A program made the translations under genes and the position numbers. 64,000 nucleotides of DNA from an uncultured Chloroflexia bacterium (GTDB lineage Bacteria; Chloroflexota; Anaerolineae; Anaerolineales; UBA4823): contig CAWIYB010000005.1 of assembly GCA_963840255.1 (NCBI GenBank), positions 997,843 to 1,061,842 of the forward strand. The letters are read 5' to 3'. The notes below the pieces were generated by a model. That model saw only the letters and a program-made list of their open reading frames with translations. It did not search any database and was not told the origin of the DNA. This document shows, in pieces, positions 38,599 through 47,214 of the stretch (positions within the stretch are counted from its first letter, which is position 1; every line of letters starts with the position of its first letter).

Positions 38599-39795
38599 CT
38601 AGCTAGCCTGAGAGTATTCACTTTTCTCTTCACGTATATCATAAGGGAAGTGATATTCCAACATCTTGTTCAGGAAGGGTCGCGGGTCAAATGCCTCTGG
38701 TCCATGCACCCCGCTCCCTTTCCATAACCCCTGCGCTAGCAGCTCCATGGTGATCACCGGCCCGGTGCCGGTCTGCAAGGAGACTGCCTGGCAGCCGAAA
38801 TTTCTCATGCTTTCCTCGTTATCGGTTGCCTGGTAAATATAGACCTCACGCTTTTTGCCATCTTTCACCCCAGTCACCCAGGTGCCTACACAGGTCTTTC
38901 CACTCATCCTGTCGCCGAGTGTCGCCGGGTCTGGCAAGCAAGCTGCCACCACCTCGATGGGGGATACCATAACCCCTTTCACATTTACAGGCTTTTTCTG
39001 GTGCATCCCAAGCATTTTGATCACCCGAATGACATTGATGAACTTCTCACCTAACCCATATTTAAACGTCACCCGATTACATTTGATGTAGCGCGGGATA
39101 AGCACTACCTCTTCGTGCTCAATATCCACCACCTCAAGTGGACCAATCCCTTGCGGGAAGTTAAACAATTCGATGCTTTCGAATGCTGGGATGGTGTACC
39201 ATCCACGCCCAGCCTCCCACACCAGCGGTGGGTCGGTACATTCTTCGATGGTATCCAGAATCGAGAAAGCCGGGGCAAACTCATAACCGCTCACTTCCAG
39301 GGCTGCTCCATCGCGGATGCCGATTTCGTCTATGGTATCGAACAGCTCGAGGGCGGCAAATTTGGCGAAGATGTCACTTACGCCCGGGTCCATGCCGTTC
39401 CCTAGGATAGCAAGCAAACCCTTTTCCTTCCATTTTTCAGCCAGAGCCCATTGATGGCTGCCCATATTCGCCCCATAATCCGACATGGCCATATCAAGAT
39501 AATCACAGCCTGCTTCGAATGCAGCATCGAATATCGTATCATTATAGAAATTACTCACCGCGTTCATGACAAGATCAATGTCATATCGGCGCGCGACTTG
39601 AATGATGTGGGAAATCTCGCGTGCGTCTACTTTTTCGATGGGAAATTTATCTGGGCTGCCTAGCCGACTTTGAACTGCCTGGAGACGCTCAAGGTTGTAA
39701 TCTGCCAGCACCATTTTCTCCAGCCAGGGCTGATATTGAGCTACAATTGCGATCGCTTCACCCACTCCCCCTACGCCGACAAGTAAAATCTTCAT
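38599..39795 (-). CDS. Saccharopine-dehydrogenase-family NAD(P)-dependent oxidoreductase
   Basis: N-terminal Rossmann fold MKILLVGVGGVGEAIA. The length of about 400 aa and the central and C-terminal regions resemble saccharopine DH / carboxynorspermidine DH / homospermidine-synthase-type enzymes. Confidence 0.8.
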   Translation of the reverse strand: MKILLVGVGGVGEAIAIVAQYQPWLEKMVLADYNLERLQAVQSRLGSPDKFPIEKVDAREISHIIQVARRYDIDLVMNAVSNFYNDTIFDAAFEAGCDYLDMAMSDYGANMGSHQWALAEKWKEKGLLAILGNGMDPGVSDIFAKFAALELFDTIDEIGIRDGAALEVSGYEFAPAFSILDTIEECTDPPLVWEAGRGWYTIPAFESIELFNFPQGIGPLEVVDIEHEEVVLIPRYIKCNRVTFKYGLGEKFINVIRVIKMLGMHQKKPVNVKGVMVSPIEVVAACLPDPATLGDRMSGKTCVGTWVTGVKDGKKREVYIYQATDNEESMRNFGCQAVSLQTGTGPVITMELLAQGLWKGSGVHGPEAFDPRPFLNKMLEYHFPYDIREEKSEYSQAS

Positions 39796-40142
39796 AATTC
39801 TCCTCCCATCCTGAAATACTATCCAAAAATATCCACTGGTGGATCGTTGGAAGAAGCCGGTACACTTTGTGGATTTATCTAAGCAATGTTAGGGCATTGA
39901 AATGTCATCGACAACTTGCTTATTGGTTAATTTTTTTCAAAATATCGGGTTAGTTCAATGATTACTATAGCAGAATATTTACCTAAGGTCAATAATTCCG
40001 GGTTGGGTAATCAATTCCCGGTTTTATGAGAGTTTAGGTAAAGATATCGACATTTCTGTTCAGAAACTTTATAAAACCTTAAGGTTGACTCTTTCACTAC
40101 TCAAAAATGCTCTCCGAGCTGTGTAAGGAACATTTCGTCGAA

Positions 40143-41138
40143 CTATTCCACAGCCCAGCAAGCTACTAGATGATCTTTGTTAACCTCGCGGAATGTTGGT
40201 TCAGTTATACTACACACATCCAGCGCAACCGGGCAGCGAGGGTGAAAACGGCAGCCACTAGGTGGGTTTAATGGACTGGGTACATCTCCTTTCAGGACAA
40301 TGCGGTTGCGGTTAAGCGTAGGATCAGGGATGGGGATCGCAGACATTAATGCCTGTGTATACGGATGCAACGGATTGCGAAATAGCTCTTCGCGTGTGGT
40401 CATCTCGACCAGTTTTCCCAGGTACATCACTGCCACCCGATCAGAGATATTTTCGACGACGCTCAAATTATGTGCAATGAAGAGGTATGTGAGATTAAAT
40501 TCATGCTGCATCTCCTTCAGTAGGTTGAGCACCTGTGACTGAATAGAGACATCTAATGCAGAAACGGGTTCATCAGCGATAATAAATTTCGGACGTAATG
40601 CCAGCGCACGAGCGATGCCGATGCGTTGTCGCTGACCGCCAGAGAATTCGTGTGGATAACGGCGGGCATGGCTAGCGTCCATCCCTACCATTTGCAGCAT
40701 TTCGGTCACGGCCTCAAAACGCTGCTGCGCGGTTCCAATGTTGTGAATCCTTAATCCTTCACCAATCGATTCACCAATCGGCATGCGCGGATCTAAAGAA
40801 GCGTATGGGTCCTGGAAAATAATTTGCATATTACGGCGCATACCTTTAAGGTCCTTGCCTTTTAATCGGGCAACATCTACCCCATTAAAGATCACCGAAC
40901 CACTTGTCGGCTCGATCAATCTCAGCAGAGTGCGCCCAACCGTGGTCTTACCGCAACCCGATTCACCCACAAGACCAACTGTCTCGCCCTCGCGGATATT
41001 AAAACTAATATTATCTACCGCTTGCACCCAAGCGACTACATGCTGAAATAAACCCCCCTTTACCGGAAAATATTTAACTAACTGCCTGATCTCTAGCAGG
41101 TTTTTCCCGTAATCAATGTTTGAAGGAAGATCCGTCAA
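40143..41138 (-). CDS. ABC transporter ATP-binding protein, OppF/DppF-like
   Basis: Walker [10 protein letters not shown], signature FSGGQRQR, Walker B IIADEP and the Opp C-terminal motif [11 protein letters not shown]. Confidence 0.93.
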   Translation of the reverse strand: MTDLPSNIDYGKNLLEIRQLVKYFPVKGGLFQHVVAWVQAVDNISFNIREGETVGLVGESGCGKTTVGRTLLRLIEPTSGSVIFNGVDVARLKGKDLKGMRRNMQIIFQDPYASLDPRMPIGESIGEGLRIHNIGTAQQRFEAVTEMLQMVGMDASHARRYPHEFSGGQRQRIGIARALALRPKFIIADEPVSALDVSIQSQVLNLLKEMQHEFNLTYLFIAHNLSVVENISDRVAVMYLGKLVEMTTREELFRNPLHPYTQALMSAIPIPDPTLNRNRIVLKGDVPSPLNPPSGCRFHPRCPVALDVCSITEPTFREVNKDHLVACWAVE

Positions 41139-41173
41139 GATTGATATCTCCAGGTTGATAGGATCAAGAAACC

Positions 41174-42190
41174 TTATTGCCGAAGCTCTTTAGCTTCAGG
41201 ATCCTGATAGAGCCAGCAACGTGAGAAATGATTAGGCTCAAAAGGCAGTAACTCTGGTTCTTCTTCGGTGCAGATTAATAATTGATTTTCAATGCGTGCC
41301 CGACAGCGAGGCGCAAATCGGCAGCCCGGGGGAAGGTTTAGAAGGTTCGGCACAGAACCAGGGATTACTTCCAGTATTTCCTTTACTTTGCCTAGTATGG
41401 GGATAGAGGCTAGCAATCCTTGAGTGTAAGGATGCAATGGGTTTTTAAATAAGGATAAAACCTCAGCATGTTCTACAATTCTACCGGCGTACATAACCGC
41501 TACCCGATCTGCCATCTCGGCGATCACACCCAGGTCGTGGGTGATTAAAATGACCGCGGTATTCATGTGAGTACGTAAGTCTCGGAGGAGGTCGAGAATT
41601 TGCGCTTGGATCGTTACATCCAACGCTGTGGTGGGTTCATCAGCGATCAGTAGCTGCGGGTTTAACGCCAATGCCATGGCAATCATTACACGCTGTGCTT
41701 GTCCACCTGACAATTCGTGCGGGTACGAATGAGCTTTACTGCCAGGATCGGGAATCCCAACTAGGTGTAACAACTCGACTGCTTTATTCCAGGATTCTCC
41801 TTTACCCATGCCCTGGTGAATTTGAAAGACCTCCGCCACTTGGTTTCCAATCTTAAAGACTGGATTTAAACTTGACTGTGGCTGTTGAAAGACCATTGAG
41901 ATGCGGTTACCTCGCATTTCTACCATTTGTGACTCTGAAAGCTCCAGCAGGTTAACGCTATCAAAGATGATCTTCCCTTCTACTATCTTGCCCGGAACAT
42001 CGATTAGCCGCATAATGGAAAGAGAGGTCACGCTTTTACCACAGCCAGATTCCCCCACGATCCCCAGGACCTCACCCCGCCCGACCGTAAAATCCACTCC
42101 ATCCACAGCTTTAACTACACCATCTTCAGTGAAAAAGTAAGTTTTTAGATCACTGACTATTAATAATGGACTATCACCAGAGGTAATCAC
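41174..42190 (-). CDS. ABC transporter ATP-binding protein, OppD/DppD-like
   Basis: Walker [10 protein letters not shown], signature LSGGQAQR, Walker B LIADEP and the C-terminal motif [11 protein letters not shown]. Confidence 0.93.
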   Translation of the reverse strand: MITSGDSPLLIVSDLKTYFFTEDGVVKAVDGVDFTVGRGEVLGIVGESGCGKSVTSLSIMRLIDVPGKIVEGKIIFDSVNLLELSESQMVEMRGNRISMVFQQPQSSLNPVFKIGNQVAEVFQIHQGMGKGESWNKAVELLHLVGIPDPGSKAHSYPHELSGGQAQRVMIAMALALNPQLLIADEPTTALDVTIQAQILDLLRDLRTHMNTAVILITHDLGVIAEMADRVAVMYAGRIVEHAEVLSLFKNPLHPYTQGLLASIPILGKVKEILEVIPGSVPNLLNLPPGCRFAPRCRARIENQLLICTEEEPELLPFEPNHFSRCWLYQDPEAKELRQ

Positions 42191-42308
42191 AGGGCTATCA
42201 CCAATTTAATAACTAATAGGATAGACTGAATAAAGGGTAGGTGAATTATTATAATCCGAAAATAGTCGCGTGGTGGTATTTACGTTTTCGTAGTGAATTA
42301 ACCGATTT

Positions 42309-44744
42309 TCAATCCGGCAGCAAGCTTTCCCGTTCAGCTTCAATAGCCAAAGTCTTTTCTGCCTGACCAGCCAATTGATAAGCCTGGCTTAGCTGTTTGT
42401 ACAAATCACTTAAATCCGCCTTATCTGGTATGAATGATGGTGCAGCCTCCTGCACGAATTGGTAAGCGTGCTCAAAGTGGGCTATGGCCTCACTCACCGC
42501 TGAGAGACATAATGCTTCTCGCCCAGCCGCCAGGCTGTAGCGGAAAGCCTCTTGTGACAACCCGGCAGCCAGTGCGTGATGGGTGAGAATTGCAGCGGAC
42601 TCCCCACCCTTTTCGAGGACTTCCAATGCCCGGCGGTGAAAAAGCCGCCGCCGCGCATCTCCAGCTTCGGTATACACCACATCGCGAAGCATATCGTTGG
42701 TAAAAGCGTATTCACCGACCACACCCGCCTGCGTTGCTTCCAATAACAGCCGCCCGCTGATCAATTCATCCAGGGCGGGTAAAGCCAGGTCTTCGCTCAA
42801 GTTGGAGATGGCACACATGCGCTCGAACGTGATGCGATGTTCAAGCACGGCAGCACCTGCCAATATGCTGAAAGCATTCGGGCTGAGACGGTTTAATCGC
42901 GAGCGGATGACCGCATGCACGGTAGACGGGACGCGCACCGCTTTCCCCAGATCGTGATCAGAGTCCACTGAGAAGGTCCATAGATTCTCACTCCGCCGTT
43001 TTGGGTGTAACACACTCCGTTCGAGTAAATCCTTGAGCGTCTCAATCAGATAGAAAGGCTGCCCACGCGTTTCATCGTACAACCATTGGGCAAAGTCAGT
43101 ATCGGGTGGAGAAAGGATGGACAGCATCATCTTCACTGTCTCATTTTCATCGAGGGGCTCCAGCTCGATATGAACCGGGGTCACCTCGCGCACTATGCGC
43201 TCTAACCATATACTCAAGCCTTGCGGGCTGCCTGCTGGGAGAGGTTGAGTCATTGGGTGCAAAGCATCTGACCGCAGGCAGGCCAAAAATAGAATCCGTG
43301 CAGCGTTATCCTTCCAGCGCCGTATGGCATATTGCAATAGGTCTAATGTGGCGCTGTCCGCCCATTGCAAATCGTCGATGAACAGTACCAGGGGCGCTTG
43401 TTTAGCCAGGGCCAACATACTTTGCACCAGGGGTTCGTACAGCTGCGCCTGGTTGTCCTCTGCTTGCATATGATGAGATTCCACAGGAGGGTGGGATATA
43501 TGGGGATGGTATTGGCGCAATTCCGGGAGCAGCTGGCTTAGCGGCGACAACCAGACCTCATCTATTTTGTCTGTTAACGAGTTTTCAATCGCCAGTCGCA
43601 TTCGGAGTGCCTCCACCAGCGGTTGAAACGCTAAATGGATGCCACTCTCAAAGGCACTTCCTTGCAGCAATTCAGCTCCCTGGGCACTGACCCAATGGAT
43701 GAATTTCCTGGCCAGGCGGGTCTTGCCAATCCCAACCTCGCCGCGCAGCACTACGAGCTGAGGCTGGCCTTCAGTAGCGCGTCCATATGATTTGATGATC
43801 GCCTGGTATTCTTTATTGCGCCCGGTAAACAGGCGTCCCAGGAAATTGATCGAAGTGTCTGGTTGCCGTGGATGAGGAGGAGTTTTACTGACATTAGGAT
43901 GAGCGAGGGGAGCTTGTAAGCGAATGGTCTGATCTAATGCTACTGTATCTGGTTCCGGTTCAATACCCAATTCGGCCGCTAGAATGGCGCGACATCCCTC
44001 ATACGTCTCCAGTGCTTGCCCGCGCTCGCCGGCCGCGAAGTGCGCCCGCATCTTACGGCGATACGCCACTTCGTTCAGCGCATCCAGGGCAATCCAACGC
44101 GAAGCTGTCTCTGTAGCACCGGCAAACTCGCCATGTGCAAATTGGATTTCGGATAAGCGGTCGAGGATCAGGCCCAACCGGCGATTCCAGACTTCGCGTT
44201 GAATGGCAGCCCAATCATCAAAATCAGGTGCATCACCTAGTGAAAATCCGGCCAGAAAATCACCACGCTGGCAGGCTACCGCTGATTGTAATAATGGCAG
44301 GCTGGCTGAGCCCTCCAGCACCGTCCTGCTTGAACGATCGGCACGTGCTTGAGCATACGCACGTTCTACGGTTTGCAAGTCTAAATCGGTATTTGCGTCT
44401 GGATTCAGGCTCAGCGTATTATGGGTGACGAGAAGATAGGAGGTTTGAGCCTGTCCACTCGCCTGGCGTAAGGCTGTTTGCAAGTGATCGAGTGTGTTGC
44501 GCAGCGATCCGTGGCTGCGCTCAGGGCTGGCTTCCGGCCACAGCAGGGCAGCCAGAGACTCGCGCGGTTGTGGGTCTGACGCTATCGCCAGGTAAATTAG
44601 TAGGGCTAGCGTCTTGCGAGTGGGAAAGCTCACCAAGTGTTCACCCAGGTGGACTTCGGGTGGTCCCAATGCAAAGAGACGTAATGGTATTGCCTGGTCA
44701 GCTATCGCAAAACCCCTTGTGACGATTTTGAGACTCTCCATCAT
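42309..44744 (-). CDS. SARP/AfsR-like regulator: winged-helix DNA-binding domain + BTAD + AAA/STAND ATPase + C-terminal helical (TPR-like) repeats
   Basis: N-terminal wHTH reads RKTLALLIYLA...RESLAALLWPE. BTAD reads ...ALNEVAYRRKMRAHFAAGERGQALETYEGCRAILAAELGIEPEPDT. Walker A is GEVGIGKTRL and Walker B is LFIDDLQWAD. Confidence 0.88.
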   Translation of the reverse strand: MMESLKIVTRGFAIADQAIPLRLFALGPPEVHLGEHLVSFPTRKTLALLIYLAIASDPQPRESLAALLWPEASPERSHGSLRNTLDHLQTALRQASGQAQTSYLLVTHNTLSLNPDANTDLDLQTVERAYAQARADRSSRTVLEGSASLPLLQSAVACQRGDFLAGFSLGDAPDFDDWAAIQREVWNRRLGLILDRLSEIQFAHGEFAGATETASRWIALDALNEVAYRRKMRAHFAAGERGQALETYEGCRAILAAELGIEPEPDTVALDQTIRLQAPLAHPNVSKTPPHPRQPDTSINFLGRLFTGRNKEYQAIIKSYGRATEGQPQLVVLRGEVGIGKTRLARKFIHWVSAQGAELLQGSAFESGIHLAFQPLVEALRMRLAIENSLTDKIDEVWLSPLSQLLPELRQYHPHISHPPVESHHMQAEDNQAQLYEPLVQSMLALAKQAPLVLFIDDLQWADSATLDLLQYAIRRWKDNAARILFLACLRSDALHPMTQPLPAGSPQGLSIWLERIVREVTPVHIELEPLDENETVKMMLSILSPPDTDFAQWLYDETRGQPFYLIETLKDLLERSVLHPKRRSENLWTFSVDSDHDLGKAVRVPSTVHAVIRSRLNRLSPNAFSILAGAAVLEHRITFERMCAISNLSEDLALPALDELISGRLLLEATQAGVVGEYAFTNDMLRDVVYTEAGDARRRLFHRRALEVLEKGGESAAILTHHALAAGLSQEAFRYSLAAGREALCLSAVSEAIAHFEHAYQFVQEAAPSFIPDKADLSDLYKQLSQAYQLAGQAEKTLAIEAERESLLPD

Positions 44745-44827
44745 TATACTCAGGCTAATGATTAATAGATAGATTTAGATTCCGCATATTATATTTAAGA
44801 AAGAGGTATCCTGGAAGAAGGCCAATA

Positions 44828-45217
44828 ATGTCTGGTATTGTTCTAACTTTTCCCATTCTGGACGGTAAGGTGGAAGCCTGGCGGCGATTTTGCCAGGAGT
44901 TATGCGGTTTTCGACGCATGCCCTACGAAACCTCGCGCCAGCGGTTGGGCATTACACGCGAACGATTAGCGCTGGTCGAAACCACTTTTGGGTCGACAGC
45001 GGTAACCACCTTGGAAGCTCCCGATGTGGCCCAGGCCCTGGGGCAGATTGTCACCTCAGATCTCCCCTTTGACGTTTGGTATCGGGAGAAACTACAGGAA
45101 CTGCACGGCGTCAACCTGGCTGGCTATGAGCAATACGCCAAGTCGATACCGCTTCCTCCCAACCAGGAGCTGCTCTTCGAGTGGACGTTAAATAACAGCA
45201 ACACCAAGAAGAAATAA
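44828..45217 (+). CDS. Hypothetical small cytoplasmic protein (possibly a dimeric alpha/beta-barrel, ABM-like fold)
   Basis: A 129-codon ORF divergent from the SARP regulator gene with an 83-bp spacer. The fold guess is from sequence pattern only. Confidence 0.6.
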   Translation: MSGIVLTFPILDGKVEAWRRFCQELCGFRRMPYETSRQRLGITRERLALVETTFGSTAVTTLEAPDVAQALGQIVTSDLPFDVWYREKLQELHGVNLAGYEQYAKSIPLPPNQELLFEWTLNNSNTKKK

Positions 45218-45307
45218 GTCTTCTTGTCGAATTGGTCAGGCGTATGGGTTCATCCCATCGGATGACATCAAATAAAGATATCAAAAATAAAAGAAACGGA
45301 GTAAAGA

Positions 45308-45559
45308 ATGACAATATTATCCTGGATTGTGGTTGGTTTGATCGCTGGTTTTTTGGCCGGAGTGGTCGTTAAAGGCGGAGGCTTCGGGTTGATTGGCGAT
45401 ATCATCGTAGGCGTAATTGGTGGATTGTTGGGAGGCTGGATTTCTGTCAATTTGCTGAATTTCGGCAGTATGACGGGGATCAATCTGGAGTCGATCCTGA
45501 TTGCGTTCGTCGGATCAGTTATTTTGCTTCTGGTATTGCGCCTGATAAGAAGAAGATAA
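45308..45559 (+). CDS. GlsB/YeaQ/YmgE-family (transglycosylase-associated) stress membrane protein
   Basis: The sequence reads ILSWIVVGLIAGFLAGVVVKGGGFGLIGDIIVGVIGGLLGGW. An SD is present. Confidence 0.9.
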   Translation: MTILSWIVVGLIAGFLAGVVVKGGGFGLIGDIIVGVIGGLLGGWISVNLLNFGSMTGINLESILIAFVGSVILLLVLRLIRRR

Positions 45560-45607
45560 AACGGACATAAGAGAAAGGCAATTATATAAAGGAAAAAGGA
45601 GCACAAA

Positions 45608-45826
45608 ATGAACAAGGACATTGTTGAAGGCAAGTATAAGGAATTGCACGGTCAGATGAAAGAATGGTGGGGCAAGCTCACTGACGATGAGCTGCAACAG
45701 GCAGGCGGCAATGCCGAACAAATCGTTGGCTTACTACAGCAGAAGTATGGCTACACCCGCGAGGCTGCCGAAACGGAATTCAATCGGCGGATAAAAGATG
45801 TTGAGAAGAAAGTTAAGAGCGCTTGA
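45608..45826 (+). CDS. CsbD-family general stress protein
   Basis: The sequence reads GKYKELHGQMKEWWGKLTDDELQQAGGNAEQIVGLLQQKYGYTREAAE. The SD is AAGGAG. Confidence 0.9.
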   Translation: MNKDIVEGKYKELHGQMKEWWGKLTDDELQQAGGNAEQIVGLLQQKYGYTREAAETEFNRRIKDVEKKVKSA

Positions 45827-46031
45827 GGCACTTTGATCAGACCCATGGCGAAATCCAGAAAGAAAATAGGTCACAACTCGATCGCCCGTTGACGCCATTC
45901 AAACGACTGTCACCGAAAGTACGAATACCCAAACACCCGGGACCCTTTAGTCGGTAGGTAGGTACACAGGAATGGTTTTGTTATGCGACTATGAAAAACC
46001 GGGGTTGTGAAACACTCTGAAAGGAGAAAAA

Positions 46032-46169
46032 ATGGAACTGATTAAATTCATTTTATGGCTCAGTGCTGGAGCTGTTATAGGCTGGTTTGCCAGCCGGATC
46101 GTAACGACAGAAAACGGATGGACCCACAAACCGGTACATGTCGAGGATTCCAGCTCTGAGCAAAGTTAA
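46032..46169 (+). CDS. Small (45-aa) membrane protein resembling the N-terminal helix of GlsB/YeaQ proteins
   Basis: SD AAAGGAG 6 nt upstream. The sequence is MELIKFILWLSAGAVIGWFASRIV... It falls below the ORF-track length cutoff. Confidence 0.45.
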   Translation: MELIKFILWLSAGAVIGWFASRIVTTENGWTHKPVHVEDSSSEQS

Positions 46170-46186
46170 GCGGCCATGTTGACACA

Positions 46187-46221
46187 GTCATGCGAAGGGT
46201 GTATGCCTCCCTTCGCATGAC
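46187..46221 (+). other. Strong 13-bp perfect hairpin without a U-tract
   Basis: GTCATGCGAAGGG (46187-46199) / CCCTTCGCATGAC (46209-46221) with a 9-nt loop. It lies between the small ORF and the next GlsB gene. Confidence 0.7.
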
Positions 46222-46260
46222 AACAATCGATAAACCTGATAAAAAAGTAGGGAGATTAAA

Positions 46261-46527
46261 ATGGGAATACTATCCTGGATTGTGGTTGGCTTGATCGCTG
46301 GTTTTTTTGCCGGATTGGTCGTAAAAGGGGGCGGTTATGGTTGTATTGGTGACGTCATCGTTGGCGTGGTAGGTGGGTTGTTGGGAGGCTTCGTTGCTTC
46401 CTATTTCTTCCATATGGGTGACCCGATGTCTGGGATAAACCTGCCGTCGATCTTGATTGCATTCGCCGGGGCGGTGGTATTGCTCCTTGTCATTCGATTA
46501 TTTGTTGGGAGAAGAAGGAGAACCTAA
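46261..46527 (+). CDS. GlsB/YeaQ/YmgE-family stress membrane protein (paralog)
   Basis: The sequence reads ILSWIVVGLIAGFFAGLVVKGGGYGCIGDVIVGVVGGLLGGF. The SD is GGGAG. Confidence 0.9.
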   Translation: MGILSWIVVGLIAGFFAGLVVKGGGYGCIGDVIVGVVGGLLGGFVASYFFHMGDPMSGINLPSILIAFAGAVVLLLVIRLFVGRRRRT

Positions 46528-46657
46528 CACGAAACGAACCAATTGCTACTATCAAGACTGTTCACAAACCAACAAGACCATTGTTAGTGTTTGCACTAAA
46601 GTTGAAGGATGAATAAAACGACGGCATTCTAAAACCATATATAAAGAGGACAATTTC

Positions 46658-46816
46658 ATGAAAAGATTCACGAAAAACATCGGCATGCTCTTGCTGGCCA
46701 TCTGGCTCATCCTGTACGGGCTAATTGCATTGTTCGGCTTGGGCTTTAAAGGCAGTGATGTGGTCATGGGGCTGCTCGCCATTGCGGCCGGTATCTTCAT
46801 TTTGATAGGGCGTTAA
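46658..46816 (+). CDS. Small (52-aa) two-helix membrane protein
   Basis: SD AAAGAGGA 7 nt upstream of the ATG. The sequence is MKRFTKNIGMLLLAIWLILYGLIALFGLGFKGSDVVMGLLAIAAGIFILIGR. The 82-aa antisense ORF 46552-46800 is less plausible. Confidence 0.55.
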   Translation: MKRFTKNIGMLLLAIWLILYGLIALFGLGFKGSDVVMGLLAIAAGIFILIGR

Positions 46817-46902
46817 TGACCTTTAGGTCAACTGTCCCCTGGTCAACTGCGACCAGGTGGCAGCCAATAAAATCATAGATTTCTAAAACAAGGAGAGATT
46901 TC

Positions 46903-47070
46903 ATGGGCACACTATTATGAATTGTTATCATCGTTCTGGTAGTTCTATGGTTAGCAGGCTTTTTCGGTCGGAATGTAAGTTCAAGGGTCCCAAAGACCGG
47001 CAATTGGATCCACACCCTGATTGTCATTGCCATCATCCTCATTATATTGCGCCTACTCGGGGTGTTGTAA
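46903..47070 (+). pseudogene. lmo0937-like small membrane protein gene with an in-frame TGA at codon 6
   Basis: SD AAGGAGAG 5 nt upstream of ATG 46903. The frame reads MGTLL*IVIIVLVVLWLAGFFGRNVSSRVPKTGNWIHTLIVIAIILIILRLLGVL, with the TGA at 46918-46920. Confidence 0.5.
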
Positions 47071-47214
47071 AGCCCTCGCACAGCCAGCCTGTGCTTTGCA
47101 GGACCGCGCCTCTTCTCACTGGGGATGAGGCACTGCGATATGCTATGAGCACTAACTGCTTTGCATATAGAGTTGGGGTAGTGTATCTAAATATTTATAA
47201 AAAGTAGCGAAAGC

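Noticed and set aside
39796-40142. Cobalamin riboswitch (or another riboswitch) in the 347-bp AT-rich spacer inside the MttB/Opp block
   Set aside because: No B12-box-like element was found in the orientation of the downstream (minus-strand) genes. The only loosely similar string (GAAGCCGGT) is on the non-transcribed strand. The spacer may simply hold an internal promoter.
46918-46920. Genome-wide TGA=Trp (code 4/25) as the explanation for the in-frame TGA
   Set aside because: TGA clearly terminates other well-supported genes in the window, for example at 286-288, 35630-35632 and 48388-48390. The standard code applies, so the event is local.
46552-47081. Minus-strand ORFs 46552-46800 and 46797-47081
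   Set aside because: The plus-strand small ORFs in the same region have strong SDs and hydrophobic, family-like sequences. The minus-strand translations are Met/Ser/Thr-rich shadows of them.
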